Positions 12,826 to 25,628 are shown, counted from the first letter of the stretch. The stretch is 64,000 bases of DNA from Leucoraja ocellata (GCA_036785375.1 JAWMAR010000134.1:6014001-6078000); one strand, 5' to 3'. The notes: a model not told the origin generated them from the letters alone. Program-made: numbers and translations.

Positions 12826-13669
12826 ATTAATTTAGGTTTTACTGGAGCAGTCTGAGAGGCCAATGATAGAGGTCAGAATGGGAGTGGATGGAGAGCTTTC
12901 AGTTGCCTGTCACCTTAATTCACAAGTAAATCTCTTTTATACCTTCTCAAAGGTCTTCCACATCTTTAAAGTGTGAGGGCCAGATTTGGACTCAATATTT
13001 CAGTAATCATATTTTCCTTGCGCTTTATGCCTCTGTATGTAAAGCACAAACACTTGTAGATTCTGTTACAGAAACAAATCACTTACATAATCTGCCCTGC
13101 CATTTTGAATGAATTATGCACGCAATCTAAATCACTGATTCTGAATCCCTTTTAAAATCGTGTCTGTGGTTTCATTGCCATCTCTTGTTCATCCTACTGA
13201 AATATAACACGTTGACATTTTGCTGCATCAAATTTAATTTGTACCAACAACGCAACATTTGAAACAGTAGAATTGAGAACATGGTGGAAGCTCGTTACCC
13301 ACAAAAGGAGAGTGAATAATTACACGGAAAGGAATGGGAAAAGGACAATATGCAAACAAAGCATATCTTGCAAATTAGTAACTCTTTGAAAGAGCCAGGT
13401 TAGACACAAGATAATTTTTTTAAGTACAGCTTTAGAGCAGAGACAACAAGCCGTGGGCTTATATCAAAAGAGTGGCACATAAGCCAATAATGCCAAATTT
13501 ATTCATGCAACGGAACACAATATAGTACACATCATTTTATAAAGTTTTCAGATTTGCAAGTGTCTTCTAGCTATAAATAGTTTCTATGTTTGGGGTGAGA
13601 TCCTGCAGAATTTTTCGATTGAGATGCAATTTATTTAAATGTGAACTGTAACCTCCAACCCAACGTCCT

Positions 13670-13900
13670 GAACATGAGTGGTGAATCTGTGCAATTCATT
13701 GCCGCAGATGGCTGTAGAGGCCAAGTCAATCAATATTTTTAAGGCGGAGATAGACTCTTGATTAGTACAGGTGTCAGTGGTTATGGGGAGAAGGCAGGAG
13801 AATGGGGTTAGAAGGGAGAGACAGATCACCCATGATTGAAAGGTGGAATAGACTTGATGGGCCAAATGGCCTAATTCTGCTCCTATCACATGACCTTCTG
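13670..13900 (+). mobile_element. CR1 LINE 3' end
   Basis: gtggtgaatctgtgcaattcattgcc (VVNLxNSLP)...ggttatggggagaaggcaggagaatggggt. Confidence 0.8.
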
Positions 13901-14744
13901 ACACTATAAACATAAAAGCATTAAATGATTGATTTGTCAGATCAACCGCTAAATCTCAGAATGTACTTTCTGAATGTGTTTCTGGTTACCCGATTGATCA
14001 ATTGAATATAGTTTATTCTATACTAGATAAAGACAAAAAAGACAAAAACATTTATCGGAACTCTGTTAAATTTCACTAAGCACTTATTATTTTTTTATGT
14101 TTCTGTTACTGGTTTGAAGTCCAATTGGATGTGGGCCTGATCTGTAATCACACTTCGGACTGAAAAATGATAAAACCAACTTGATTTGGTTGCAAACCCA
14201 TGCAAAATAAAATGATCTCACTTCTGAATTACTGCCGTATGTATGAAATACACCCCAAGACCTTTTTTAAAATTTCTTTGCTCTTTTTCCCTTACGATGC
14301 ATCCCTCCATGATGCATTTTTCTTTTTCTCTATGCTATTGGAGAGGGTACGTGAAAAGGTAAGATTAATGATGTTTCGATTTACTTATACAACCTGACAT
14401 ACATCTTCTGAGCAGCTTAACTACGATCGAACATTATAACATTTTCTTCAATTCAAACCAAACTTATTTGCCTGCATGAGTTATAGAGTGCTCCGAGTAC
14501 TGAGTTAATGAAATGCTCCCTGGGAATGAAAGTTGCTTCTTGGTCTCTCATGTCATTACTTTTAGATACCTGTAATAATCTGACAATCTCAACCTGTGTT
14601 ACTTGGCCATTTAACATTTTTGTGAAGACATTTTATAATGTTGGTGACAATCTCCATGTCATTAATGGATGAAAGGCGGTAAAATCTCTCATCATGAGAA
14701 TGTTCTTTATTCAATATTAACAAGATAATCTGTTCTAGATATCT

Positions 14745-15728
14745 GTGAGGCACAGAGGTTGAGTTGCTACCTAACAACGCCAGAGACCCAGGTTTGATCC
14801 TGACTATGGGTTTTAGAAACATAGAAATTAGGTGCAGGAGTAGGCCATTCGGCCCTTCGAGCCTGCACCGCCATTCAACATGATCATGGCTGATCATCCA
14901 ACTCAGTATCCCGTACCTGCCTTCTCTCCATACCCCCTGATCCCCTTAGCCACAAGGGCCACATCTAACTCCCTCTTAAATATAGCCAATGAACTGGCCT
15001 CAACGACCCTCTGTGGCAGAGAGTTCCAGAGATTCACCACTCTCTGCGTGAAAAAAGTTCTTCTCATCTCGGTTTTAAAGGATTTCCCCTTTATCCTTAA
15101 GCTGTGACCCCTTGTCCTGGACTTCCCTAACATCGGGAACAATCTTCCTGCATCTAGCCTGTCCAACCCCTTAAGAATTTTGTAAGTTTCTATAAGATCC
15201 CCTCTCAATCTTCTAAATTCTAGAGAGTATAAACCAAGTCTATCCAGTCTTTCTTCATAAGACAGTCCTGACATCCCAGGAATCAGTCTGGTGAACCGTC
15301 TCTGCACTCCCTCTATGGCAATAATGTCCTTCCTCAGATTTGGAGACCAAAACTGTACGCAATACTCCAGGTGTGGTCTCACCAAGACCCTGTACAACTG
15401 CAGTAGAACCTCTCTGCTCCTATACTCAAATCCTTTTGCAATGAAAGCTAACATACCATTCGCTTTCTTTACTGCCTGCTGCACCTGCATGCCTACCTTC
15501 AATGACTGGTGTACCATGACACCCAGGTCTCGCTGTATCTCCCCCTTTCCCAATCGGCCACCATTTTGTCTTTATGGAGTTTGTATGTTTTCCCTGTAAC
15601 CGCTAGGTTTTCTCCGGATGCTCTTCCCACATTTTCTCCCACATTCCAAAGACTTGCAGGTCACTTCCATAAACCGTCCCTAGTGTGTACGATAGAACGA
15701 TAGATGTGCAAGTGATTGCTGGTCGACG
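14745..15728 (+). mobile_element. V-SINE split by a CR1 insertion
   Basis: Head at 14745-14811; V-core resumes at 15567 (tgtctttatggagtttgtatgttttccctg). Confidence 0.8.
14814..15566 (-). mobile_element. Young CR1 (HER1-like) LINE 3' fragment
   Basis: Open 216-aa ORF with RPHLEYCVQFWSP, RRLRGDLIETYKI and FFTQRVVNLWNSLP; tail tagaaacatagaaa. Confidence 0.95.
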
Positions 15729-15739
15729 ATCATATACTT

Positions 15740-16105
15740 ACTGCACATCGTGAACAGCCCCATCCCAGTCAGTCTTGACCCACTGAAATTAACCTACCAC
15801 CACAACAGATCCACCCCAGATGCCATCCTACTAGCCCTACGCACATCCCTGCAATATCTGGATAACAAGCACATCTACTCCAGACTCCTATTTATTGACA
15901 ATAGATCTACCTTCAACAACATTATTCCAACTTAAGTCAATTCAAAACTCCTGGACCAAGTACTCCAGCACCCACCCCTTTGCAATTGAATTCTTCACTT
16001 CCTGACCCATAGACGATAATAAGCAAGTAGAGGCGACAAAGTATTCTCCAAAATATTCTTAACACTGGTGTCCCTCAATGCCGTGCCCTCAGTCCCTTAC
16101 TCTAC
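15740..16105 (+). mobile_element. Rex1/Babar-like RT fragment
   Basis: SLDPLKLTYHHNRSTPDAILLALRTSLQYLD...RLLFID...FNNIIP is a decayed RT motif region. Confidence 0.75.
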
Positions 16106-18289
16106 TTACAGCTGGTCTAGTTGAGTTTCCTCCCAACTACTACCTCCACAATGTTAATGCTGATGCCACTGAACGCAAAGAGGAGTTGGTTAGGCTCTTT
16201 TTTGTACAATACGTCATAGCCTTGCAATTTTGCTACTTGAATATTCTTTGCAGGATACAAGCCTGTGGCTGAATGTCAATTAGCTCTTGCTGAATAAAGT
16301 CAAGGGATGCTATATTTGCTGAGGAATTGCAAAATGAATTGAACATGTGTCCTCATCAGCAAAACATCCCCACTTCTGACCTTATGATGGAAAGATGTGC
16401 ATTGGTGATGAGCCAAAGATAATTAGGTCCCTAAGAATCCCTAAGAAAATCAAACATATCATGGCATTCAGAGCTAATATTGCACAGAGCAAAATATTTA
16501 AGCAAAGCTGAATGTTAATATCCCATTCATTCATCCCTCTCATCCTCACATCACCCCCCCTCCCCAGCCAGCGAGGAGGGGAGGTGCCGGCCCCAGCTCG
16601 ACTATGCTTGTCCCGCCGGCGGGACGGGACACTCGGGAGGGAACGGGGACGGCCCAGCGGCGGGTAGTTAGGGACAAGACGCGGGTCTGCATCCATGCAG
16701 CGACATGGCCGCCAAAAGTGTTTATCCTGAGCGACCCATGACCTGTGCATGCGCAGTCGGAATACCGAACTGGCTTATTGTGTTATACAGCTGTTAATAT
16801 AGTATAAATATTTAATTAATTACAAACGAGCTCAGAAATAGCATTGTTTTGCATGTGGACTGATCATAAAACATTATATAAAGCCACAGGTAGAAGTAAG
16901 TATTTCTGTGGTTGGGGTGATGGGTCATCATTAAAAATGCAGTATCGATGAACTTATTTTTGTTTTATTGCAAGTATTGAATTGGAGTTTCAGTGCATTT
17001 ATTATGTGTTATTGACAAGAATTTTTAAACTTGAAAACCTGTGAATGATCTCAGCACATATGTCAGAGAAAGGGAAAGGGCACAGCAGAAACAAGCAGTG
17101 TACAGGGTACAAGTAAACAGGAAGGTGAAGTGGAGAAAGGACAGATAGGATTGAAGAGTTGAATGAATGGGATATTAACAGTCTGTGCAACACTACCAAA
17201 TTAAGAATTCAACCAGCATGAAATTAAACAATCAATTGGTAGATGAAATCCTTAGACATTGAATCAAAATCTAATTCCTTTAAATTCAATCTTAAAAAAA
17301 CAAGGTTCAAGCTGTATGCAAAAATATCTGGTGCTCAATGAATTTGAAGTAGCCACCATGGACAATGAGTCAATTTATCAGACTGTCTTTGTCAGCAACT
17401 GAAACCACATGATGACTTCCACCTTTATTTTTAGTGCTCAGACTCTTCAGTTGCCATTGCTCAATGCTCATTGACACTTCAGAATAATTCCACCAAATAC
17501 TGCAGCTACATATGTTTCTTTTCTTCTTTTACCTTAAGGAGTGCAGAAAATCAATTTAAGCTTTCAAATGGTAAAAATAACTCAATATGTACAAACACTG
17601 CCTTCATTAATAACATGCACCCTTTTTGACAGCATGATTCTTATTTTTCTGTTTGTTCTGACCTGAAGTCCACTGTTTAAAATCCCTGTTGCTGCTGGTT
17701 CATAAATCAATAAGCAACAGACGATCTGTTCCAATATTTCTCAAATCACCCTTTGATTCAGCTTGTGGCAAACATATCACATTATCTTTCTCTCGCTCTA
17801 CCCTTTGGCTTGTTTCATCATGCAACAACTTTCCTAGAAAGAGTATTCACTGGATAAATTGTCCAGGATTGAACATTCACTCAGAAGATTGCCCAATCAG
17901 TCAACCTAAAAGCACGCATTATTAGAGAACAATTTTAAAGACAAATATGTCTTGGTCCATCTCCAGAGAGAATTTGTTTCTGCACTTCAGGCATATAACC
18001 TTCAAAAACCAAGTATTTTAGCAAGTGGGAGGAGCATGTGAGCATTCAGCAACAAAGTACAAGCGAAATAAAGACTTGAAGTTTGATTCACCTTCGGACT
18101 GTCAGAGTCAATTATTATTGAGGGTGTGTGCATCACCTAAATACAAGTCTAACTTTTCAATCCCCCTTACCAGATGGTTCCTCACAACACCTAAAACAAT
18201 CACGGTAGGGGTCAACATCACACACTTAAACTCACCGTGGATCCAAAGCTATGAGTTTACAAATCTATGCTGAAACACCAGTATAACTG

Positions 18290-18510
18290 TGAGAGACTCC
18301 TACACTGCTGAAGGTGCTATCTTTTGGCTGAAGCTTGTCCTCCTATATGGCATTAGTTTGAATAAACAGAAAATATCCAAGAGATCTGCTAGATAATTAT
18401 ATGTCAGTCAAAATCCCCAGAAAATATTTGCTCATCATCTTATTTGATAATGTAGAAATTGATGTTGTGTTTCTTCCTTTTTTCAAAAGAAGTTACACTG
18501 CAAAGTTGTA
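18290..18510 (+). mobile_element. Highly degraded DeuSINE relic
   Basis: tacactgctgaaggtgctatcttttggctga resembles the Deu core (gcactgtcggaggtgccgtctttcggatga). Confidence 0.4.
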
Positions 18511-19299
18511 ATGAGGAGGGGTGGAAGAGGAGGAGGGGTGGAAGAGGGGCCGGGTGGGGGCTGAAAGGGACAGAATGATAAAGCTGCATTAAATTAGTTT
18601 GAACGAGAGGAACCAATGGTTTCGCACTTGCAGCTCTTAAGATTTGCAAATGGCTTTGCCTTTAATGAGTGTATACAATGAACTATTAAGAGAGAATTAA
18701 TTAAATCAGCACTGCAAAACCATTAGAAGCTTCCCTTAAAATATATTTATATTATAAACCCGTTAAGGTGGCTTGAGATCCCGTGGAACTTTAATTCTAA
18801 TAAATAGTGGAGTTAAATCATAATGCAGCACATTAAAGTTAGCCAATTTCTCCTCAAGGCAATGTAGAAAACGCCTTGTTGCAAGATCACGTTGAAATAC
18901 AAAAGACTGTCAAGGATTTAATATATTCCACAATTCATTAACCTGCATACAGATTTCTCAACTCTCTATTGAGTATCATCGCCCCCTGTCTCACTTTGTA
19001 GCCACCTCCATGATTAAATGCACAGCTGCGCAATGTTATATTGAACTTCTATCCCATGCATATCCAATTCATTTTCAACTGTTACAAATATGCTGAGCAG
19101 ACACTTTGTTCAGACAGATTAGACAGGTACATCCTTTGTCAATGAGAAATGTTACTCTTAAGTATATCTCAGTGGTTTACAGGCACCAGATTCAATTATT
19201 TCCCTCTCCTGAAAATTATTTATTCACTTCTCTTCTCAAAGCATCAAGTACCTTGATAAATTAAATTATAAATAGGGAATCAATAATAAAGGCACATAT

Positions 19300-19836
19300 G
19301 ACAGCAGATGTGAGGGAACTCAGCAAATCAGACCGCATCTATGGAGGCACAGGGGAGTCGTGTTTTGGATAGAGACCCTGCATCAGGACTGCCTATAAAA
19401 AGTAATGACTATGATTTCTATGAGCCTAAATTTTGAGTTGGTGATAGGAGAGCTTGAGGCAGGAGCACCAAGGTGAAAATGGGGAGATGGTGAAGGTTGC
19501 TGAGGTGAGGCAACGGGCTGGGCTGTGGTGTGGGAGACAGAAATGCTAAGTGGGAGAAAAAGTATCAAGCCCATCTCTTTCCGCAAATAATGGCTTCTCA
19601 TGCATTTCCCAGGGAGTCATGAGGGAAAGATCAGGTTGGCAAATCTTAGGTGCACATTAGATGATACACAGCTACTACATCATGACTACAGTTACCCAGG
19701 GTTGACTGTGGCCTAGTGATACAAATGAACAGCAGATACAGAAAACTAGAGGAGAAAAAATAAACTGCTGGTGGGTCGAGCAGCATCTATGGAGAAAAAG
19801 GTTGACGTTTTGGGTCAAGACCCTGCATCACGACTG
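19300..19836 (-). mobile_element. Two older hammerhead/Penelope-like short elements (about 19300-19391 and 19763-19836)
   Basis: gcatctatggag...tttggatagagaccctgcatcaggact and gacgttttgggtcaagaccctgcatcacgact are diverged variants. Confidence 0.6.
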
Positions 19837-20527
19837 TCGTTGAACAGTGTAGCTTTTTTCAAATAAATGAAAAGATTGTTCCTGATACCTTAAATAATAC
19901 TTGCACTGATGCCTGCATCTATTTTCATAAATCCCAAGCTTTAGCAGTCCCACAAATGTTCTCATTTAAACAGCATTCAAGCCAAAGTAATGAGAATATA
20001 TTCAACCAATTTGGTATGTGATGTGGTTCAGTTGTTTTAGAAAGGAAATAAATGAGTTAGTCCACATTTTCATGCGTTTTTGAACCAAATCCATCCTATT
20101 CTCTTTTCAAATCAAGACAAAACAGAATTCAAGACTTGCTTCAATACCTTCAAGCCCTGCAACAAGTCTGCACCATTTTAAACATCAATGAGTAACGCTT
20201 CCAAAGGCAAGAATCACGGCCAATTATTGTGATTACCATATCAATTATTTTTTGTTCAAATTGTAAGGCCAAAATCTGCACTGATGGTTAATTGGTCAGT
20301 TGTTAATGAATAAGGTTGTTTAAAAAGATATAACGTCCATACACCTGCATTTCCCAAAGCTACATGAGGGCAAAATAGGTAGTTAAGATTGGAATGATAA
20401 ACTTCAATTGAAATTGCAGCTCTTTTCACTGAGGTTAAGAGATCAGATATGAGGCCATAATCAAAAAGGAATTTCAACAGGTGAAATGGAAAAAAACTCA
20501 GTGGTTTGAGAATGAGGCAGTTAAGTG

Positions 20528-20803
20528 TAGGGGTAGAGTTGCTGCCTTACAGCACCAGAGTTCGATCCCGACTAGGGATGATGGTTGTACGGACTTTGTA
20601 CCTTATCTTTGTGATCATGTGGGTTTTCTCCGGGTGCTCCGATTTCCTCTCACCTTCCAAAGATGTGCAGGTTTGTAGGTTAATTGGCTTCTGTAAATTG
20701 ACCCTAGTGAGTAGGATAGAACTAGTGCATGGGTGATCATTGGTCAGAGAGGACTTGGTGGGCCAAATGGCCCGTTTCCATGCTGTATCTCTAAACTAAA
20801 AAC
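20528..20803 (+). mobile_element. V-SINE (HE1-like)
   Basis: ggtagagttgctgccttacagc, gttcgatccc, V-core gggttttctccgggtgctccgatttcctc, tail ctaaactaaa. Confidence 0.9.
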
Positions 20804-22075
20804 TCAATGGAAGGTCACACAAAACAGTAAGGCTGGCTAGCAGAATGTCTTTTCTTTGGGTTTAGAGTTTATAAAATATATATTTTTTTAATTTATTTTT
20901 TGTCACTTAAATTCTCAATGCCAGAATTTTTTTGTTTTTGTTTTTTTGTTTATAAAAGATAAAACCCTCAGGTGCGCTGGTGGCCAGTATTTTTCAAATA
21001 GATCAAGGTCCTTCCATAAGCAATTTCTGCAGTGAGAATAGTGGATGTTGCTGGTGGCCAATGACGATGGCACACTGTAGCAATCAAATTATGTGGGGAA
21101 GAAAAAGAAAGAAGCTGGGTTATTGTACATCCATTCAACTCAACTCCCAAAAAGATTCTAAAGAAGAAAACTTTAGATTTAAGGTTGAAAACTCCACGAG
21201 AATTCATACAATGACGCAATTGTCCAAGAATCATTTCAATCAATATCTGAAGGGACAGTATCAGCAAACCTTGCATGTGAAATTGGCAGACTATCAAATG
21301 GGAACATATCACAATCAAATAAGTATCACTACCCATGGAGACTTCAGCACAACCAGAAATGTCAAGCTAACGACAAGATCGCAACGTGAGAAGACCACTG
21401 GCATAACCCATGTGAATACGTGTGTGTTCTTTCCAAATATCCTGCAACTCTTCACAACATTTCAAAGCCCAACCGATGTAGGATACAAGTTGACTCACCG
21501 TTCTCTCACACCTCCAGTCGCCAAACGCAGAGAATGTATTGTAACATTATTGAACGATGACCCTATAACTATGGCTGTGCCGTTCACAAGTGCTTGATAT
21601 CCCTTATAAAGCCTGCATAAAACAGTCCTGTATTTTTCACAACATTGACTGCATTTATAAAGCAAACATTGCAAATTGGAATTAGAGAGGGCATTTTAAA
21701 ATGACATTTTGCAGCACAGCAGACAAATGTAGGATCAGGGATCCCCAAGTCACATAAAATGTGTGTGCAGGGTTGATGGAGGTAGCGCTGCAAACTTTAT
21801 AGGATTTTCTTGTGAATAGAGGCAGGGAAGGGGGCTATGACATTGAAATAAAAGAGCAGTTGTAATGTTCTCAAACAACATGAATCGGTTCATCACGTTC
21901 AACGCCAACGCTGTGCAGCACAGGAAAACAAAGTCTCACAACTGAACGCCACCAGACACGACTGTGAAATTCAATTATCAAGCAAACACAAACCATTTCA
22001 ATACAATCTCCAGTACCATTACAAGTGAGAGATTTGGAGAAAAAACCTGCAGACTTATGTAAGTCATTCACATAC

Positions 22076-22185
22076 CTCACGCTGCAGAACCAGCTCTTTG
22101 GTGAATTGTGTAGCATCTTCACTAAATGGTTCTCCTTCCTGGATTCCTGCAGGTGTGTTCCGGGACCCACGAGGGCACTCGATAC
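22076..22185 (-). CDS. SND1: Internal coding exon of SND1 (Tudor-SN/p100), fourth staphylococcal-nuclease domain; equivalent to human exon 16
   Basis: Minus strand reads ttatttattgtttcag|GT ATC GAG TGC...CAG CGT GAG|gtatgt: 110 bp, phase 1 to phase 0, canonical AG/GT. Translation (G)[36 protein letters not shown] matches recalled human [37 protein letters not shown]. The ORF track shows only another frame here. Confidence 0.96.
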
Positions 22186-22729
22186 CTGAAACAATAAATA
22201 AAGAAATTAAGATTTAAAAAAATTCTGCCAATGTTTGAAAATAATTATTTATTCAACAGGTTCTGATATCATGAAGGCCAAATGACAGACCAGTGGTATT
22301 AAACAGGATGTTTCAATGCCTCAAACTGTCACAGGCAGCAAATGCCAAAAAGTACTATTAAATAACAATATTCAGAATCAATTAGACATGAGAAGTGAGC
22401 ATTGAGAAAGTTCACGTAAGAAGTCTATCGGCTTGAACCAACAATACAGCATCAAATACCAAAAATCTTTACAGGGGCCAATTTCCTTTCTCCAATACAT
22501 TGGGAACTAATGACTCAAAATGTATAGGATCCAATAGATCCAGCCGTGGATAACCTTCCTCACCGTTCACCAGTTTTAGTGCCATCTGCAAACATACTAA
22601 CCATGCTAACAATGTTCACATTCAAATCATTCAAACAATAGTAGATCTAGTACCGACCCCTGTAGTACACCACTTGTAACAGGCCTTCTGTCTGAAAAAT
22701 AATCCTCTACCATCACTCTAACAATGTTG

Positions 22730-22972
22730 TCCTGGTGAGTTCCATTGTCTGTAACTCATTTTCACCTAGCCCACAACTAACAATGGCCAGTTTCATTTAT
22801 CATCGTTAATATTTTGCATATTTCATTTTTTTGTTCTGTGTTCCTCTAGATCACCATCTATAACTCTCATTTCCCTTTCCTCTCACGCTCAGTTTGAAGG
22901 GACTCGACACGAAACATCACCTATTCCTTTTCTCTAGAGATGCTGTCTGACCGGCTGAGTTACACCAGCTCC
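22730..22972 (+). mobile_element. Longer Penelope-like 3' fragment ending in a degenerate hammerhead pLTR, inserted among CR1 relics
   Basis: Pyrimidine-rich leader, then cagtttgaagggactcgacacgaaacatcacctattcc...gatgctgtctgaccggctgagttac. Confidence 0.65.
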
Positions 22973-22984
22973 TTCCTACACATT

Positions 22985-23770
22985 TCATCTACTACCACCC
23001 TCTGTTTCTCGCCTCTCAGCCAATTTTGTATACAAGTTGGTAGCTCGCTCTGGTTGCCATGTGATCTAACCTCCCGGACCAGCCCACCACACGGTACCTC
23101 CTCATAAGCTTTGCAAAAGTACATGTACTGCATTACCCTCGTCAACTTCTTGGTCAACTCTTCATAAATTCAAACAAATTGGAGAGACACAATTTCCCAC
23201 AAGATTTAATAAGAACCCGAGAGGTCAAATTTCCACACCGAGGACGGTGGGTATGTGGAACGAACTGCCAGAGGAGATAGTTGTGGCAGGTATTATAACA
23301 ACATTTAAAAGGCATTTTGACAGGTTCATGGAAAGGAACGTTTTAGAGAGATATGGGCCTAACGCCGGCAGATGGGACCATTGCAGATGGGGCATCTTGG
23401 GCAAGTTGGGGGGAAGGGCATTATGACTATGACTTTAAATCCATGATGACTATCCCATTCCAAATGAATATCAATCCTATCTCTCCGAATCCCCTCCAAT
23501 AACGATGCAAACACTGATGCAAGTCTGGTTTTGCAGATTTTTGGCTTGCAGCCTTTCTTAATATGCCATATTTCAGTCTGCTGGCACCTACTGTGACTAT
23601 AGTTGATGCAAGTATTTCTACTCTAGCAAATACTTGAACAGGTCTTGGGGATTTATCTTCCTTAATGCATTTTAAGACCTCCAACACCTCCTCTTCTGTC
23701 ATGTGGACTCTGCAAAATATTGCTCTGACCTTCTGCAAGTTCACTAGCGCCCGTATCTTTCCCCACAGTT
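22985..23770. mobile_element. Cluster of degraded CR1 fragments on both strands
   Basis: Minus-strand YMYFCKAYEEVP...NWLRGEKQRVVVD (RT) and EEEVLEVLKCIKEDKSP; plus-strand 3' end at 23205-23425. Confidence 0.75.
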
Positions 23771-23894
23771 GACGATGTTGAGGGAGTAGTAATTTCAAAA
23801 TAAGATGTCCCCTGTCAGATGAAATGCAAAACCAAGGCTTTTCCTGCCCCCTCAGATGAACATAAAACATCCTATGGTGCTTTGCAGTCCCAAT

Positions 23895-24055
23895 GAGTAG
23901 CCCTGAATTTCCATTTGCCTGTCACTTAAATCTTCAATCCCAATTTAGCCTCCCTGCTTTTGACTCCTATTCTGCTCCAATATAAGCTGATGGCTCGCCA
24001 CATTGGAATATTTTCGATTTCAAACATTGATTCCAACAATTTTACACAACCACCC
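23895..24055 (+). mobile_element. Decayed Penelope-like GIY-YIG endonuclease C-terminus
   Basis: Fragments translate PEFPFACHLN, LLFCSN and NIDSNNF, resembling the recalled PVACHFN...LLHCSN...NIEFNNF end of vertebrate Penelope-like ORFs. Confidence 0.5.
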
Positions 24056-24799
24056 CATTCTAAGCCTTGAATCTCACGTTTCCAGCATTCATTCTTCTCC
24101 TCCCTCTGCTTGTAATTTTACACTTAATTTGTCTCCACCAAAGAGCATCACTCTCTCTCTTCTGGTCTCCCTATCACAAATCTTCCCATAACCATTTCAG
24201 AATGTATCCCCACATTACCCCTTTGTCTTCCTCAGTGACACAATCCCAGGTACAGATGCTTTTTTTTCTCGTGCCACAGCCCCTGCTCCTTCCCAACCTC
24301 CAAACCAGTCTCAATCCCATTGCTTTCAGTAGAATCTGAGTCCATTGTTGCAATGAAAGTTGAAACTGGGAATGTAGGATTACCACAATATAAATTGTTA
24401 ACAACACCCCAGTCTAGCATTAGTCAATGAATTTTATGGAAGCACCAGGATTTCTAAGCCAACATGTCATTGGATTCCATCTGTAATAAGGGTGTCAGGA
24501 ATTCTATACAACAAATGTCTGAGACATAAGTGGGCAGGTGAATATTCAGCAGCAAAGCCTATCAAATGGTGTAAATAACAGCAATTACCATGGAGTAGCA
24601 GACGACTGTGCGATCGGCACTAACATATGAATAAGAATACAAGGAACCAATAATAAACACGGCAATGATGTCTGGTGCTATAACTCCACTACTATACAGC
24701 TCTGTAAAATTCAATATGAAAAACAATCTGTTATTGGTTACAATTGAAGTTGGGAGCAGATTAATGGGAAAATCTGTAAGAGAAACAAAAAGCTAGGTC

Positions 24800-25180
24800 T
24801 AATGACAACACAAACAGACTGTTAGATCCAACTCGTTCATACTGACAAAGGTTCCTACCTGAGGGAATCCCACTTTGCCTGCATTTAGCCTACATCTTAC
24901 TAAACCTTTCCTATCGATGTACCCGGCCAACTGTCTTTTAAACATCGTAATTATACCCGCATCTACCACTTCCTCTCGTAACATGACATCTAATGATGTC
25001 ATAGAGTTATACAACACAGAAGCAGACTATTTAATCCAACATCCATACCTACCTGAGTGAATCCCATTCATCTACATTTGGCCTATATCTCATTAAACCT
25101 TTCTTATCCATGTACCCACCAATATGTATTTTATACATTGTAATCATACCCACATCTACTACTTCCTCCGGTAACTCATA
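24800..25180 (-). repeat. Two tandem degenerate CR1 3'-end copies
   Basis: cctacctgag.gaatccca...taaacctttc...acttcctc..gtaac occurs at about 24854-24982 and 25047-25175. Confidence 0.7.
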
Positions 25181-25628
25181 CACCCCTCAGGGCAAAATTC
25201 TATTGGGAATACACCCTGCTACACAGTATTCTTTAATGCGGGAATGTCTAAAGGAAGGAATGGTGATAGTTGGATCTTCCTGGCCTAGCTGTACAAATGA
25301 AAACCAACGAAAAAGCTTCCATGTATTAAACTTTGCTTATTTGAAATAATAAATGGAGGAGGCTGAATAACAGTCTTTACCACTGGATATTTCATATTTA
25401 TGAATAAAGACACAAAACAAATTGAACAAAAACAGGTATTACCCTTGCCAGTAATTGATTCACTGACAGTCTAAATAATATAATTAATATGATAGTCAAC
25501 CGTGTGTTGCTCACTCGTGCTGTCCTTACAATTTACAATGTGCTGCACCAGCTTACACTCTGTGTGTTCATTTGTGCATGCATGTGTGCGAGATGGATGG
25601 GGATTAGAAACCGAGATGGATATATGTA

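Noticed and set aside
21871-22194. 107-aa minus-strand ORF over the SND1 exon
   Set aside because: Wrong frame; the SND1 match is in another frame bounded by splice sites.
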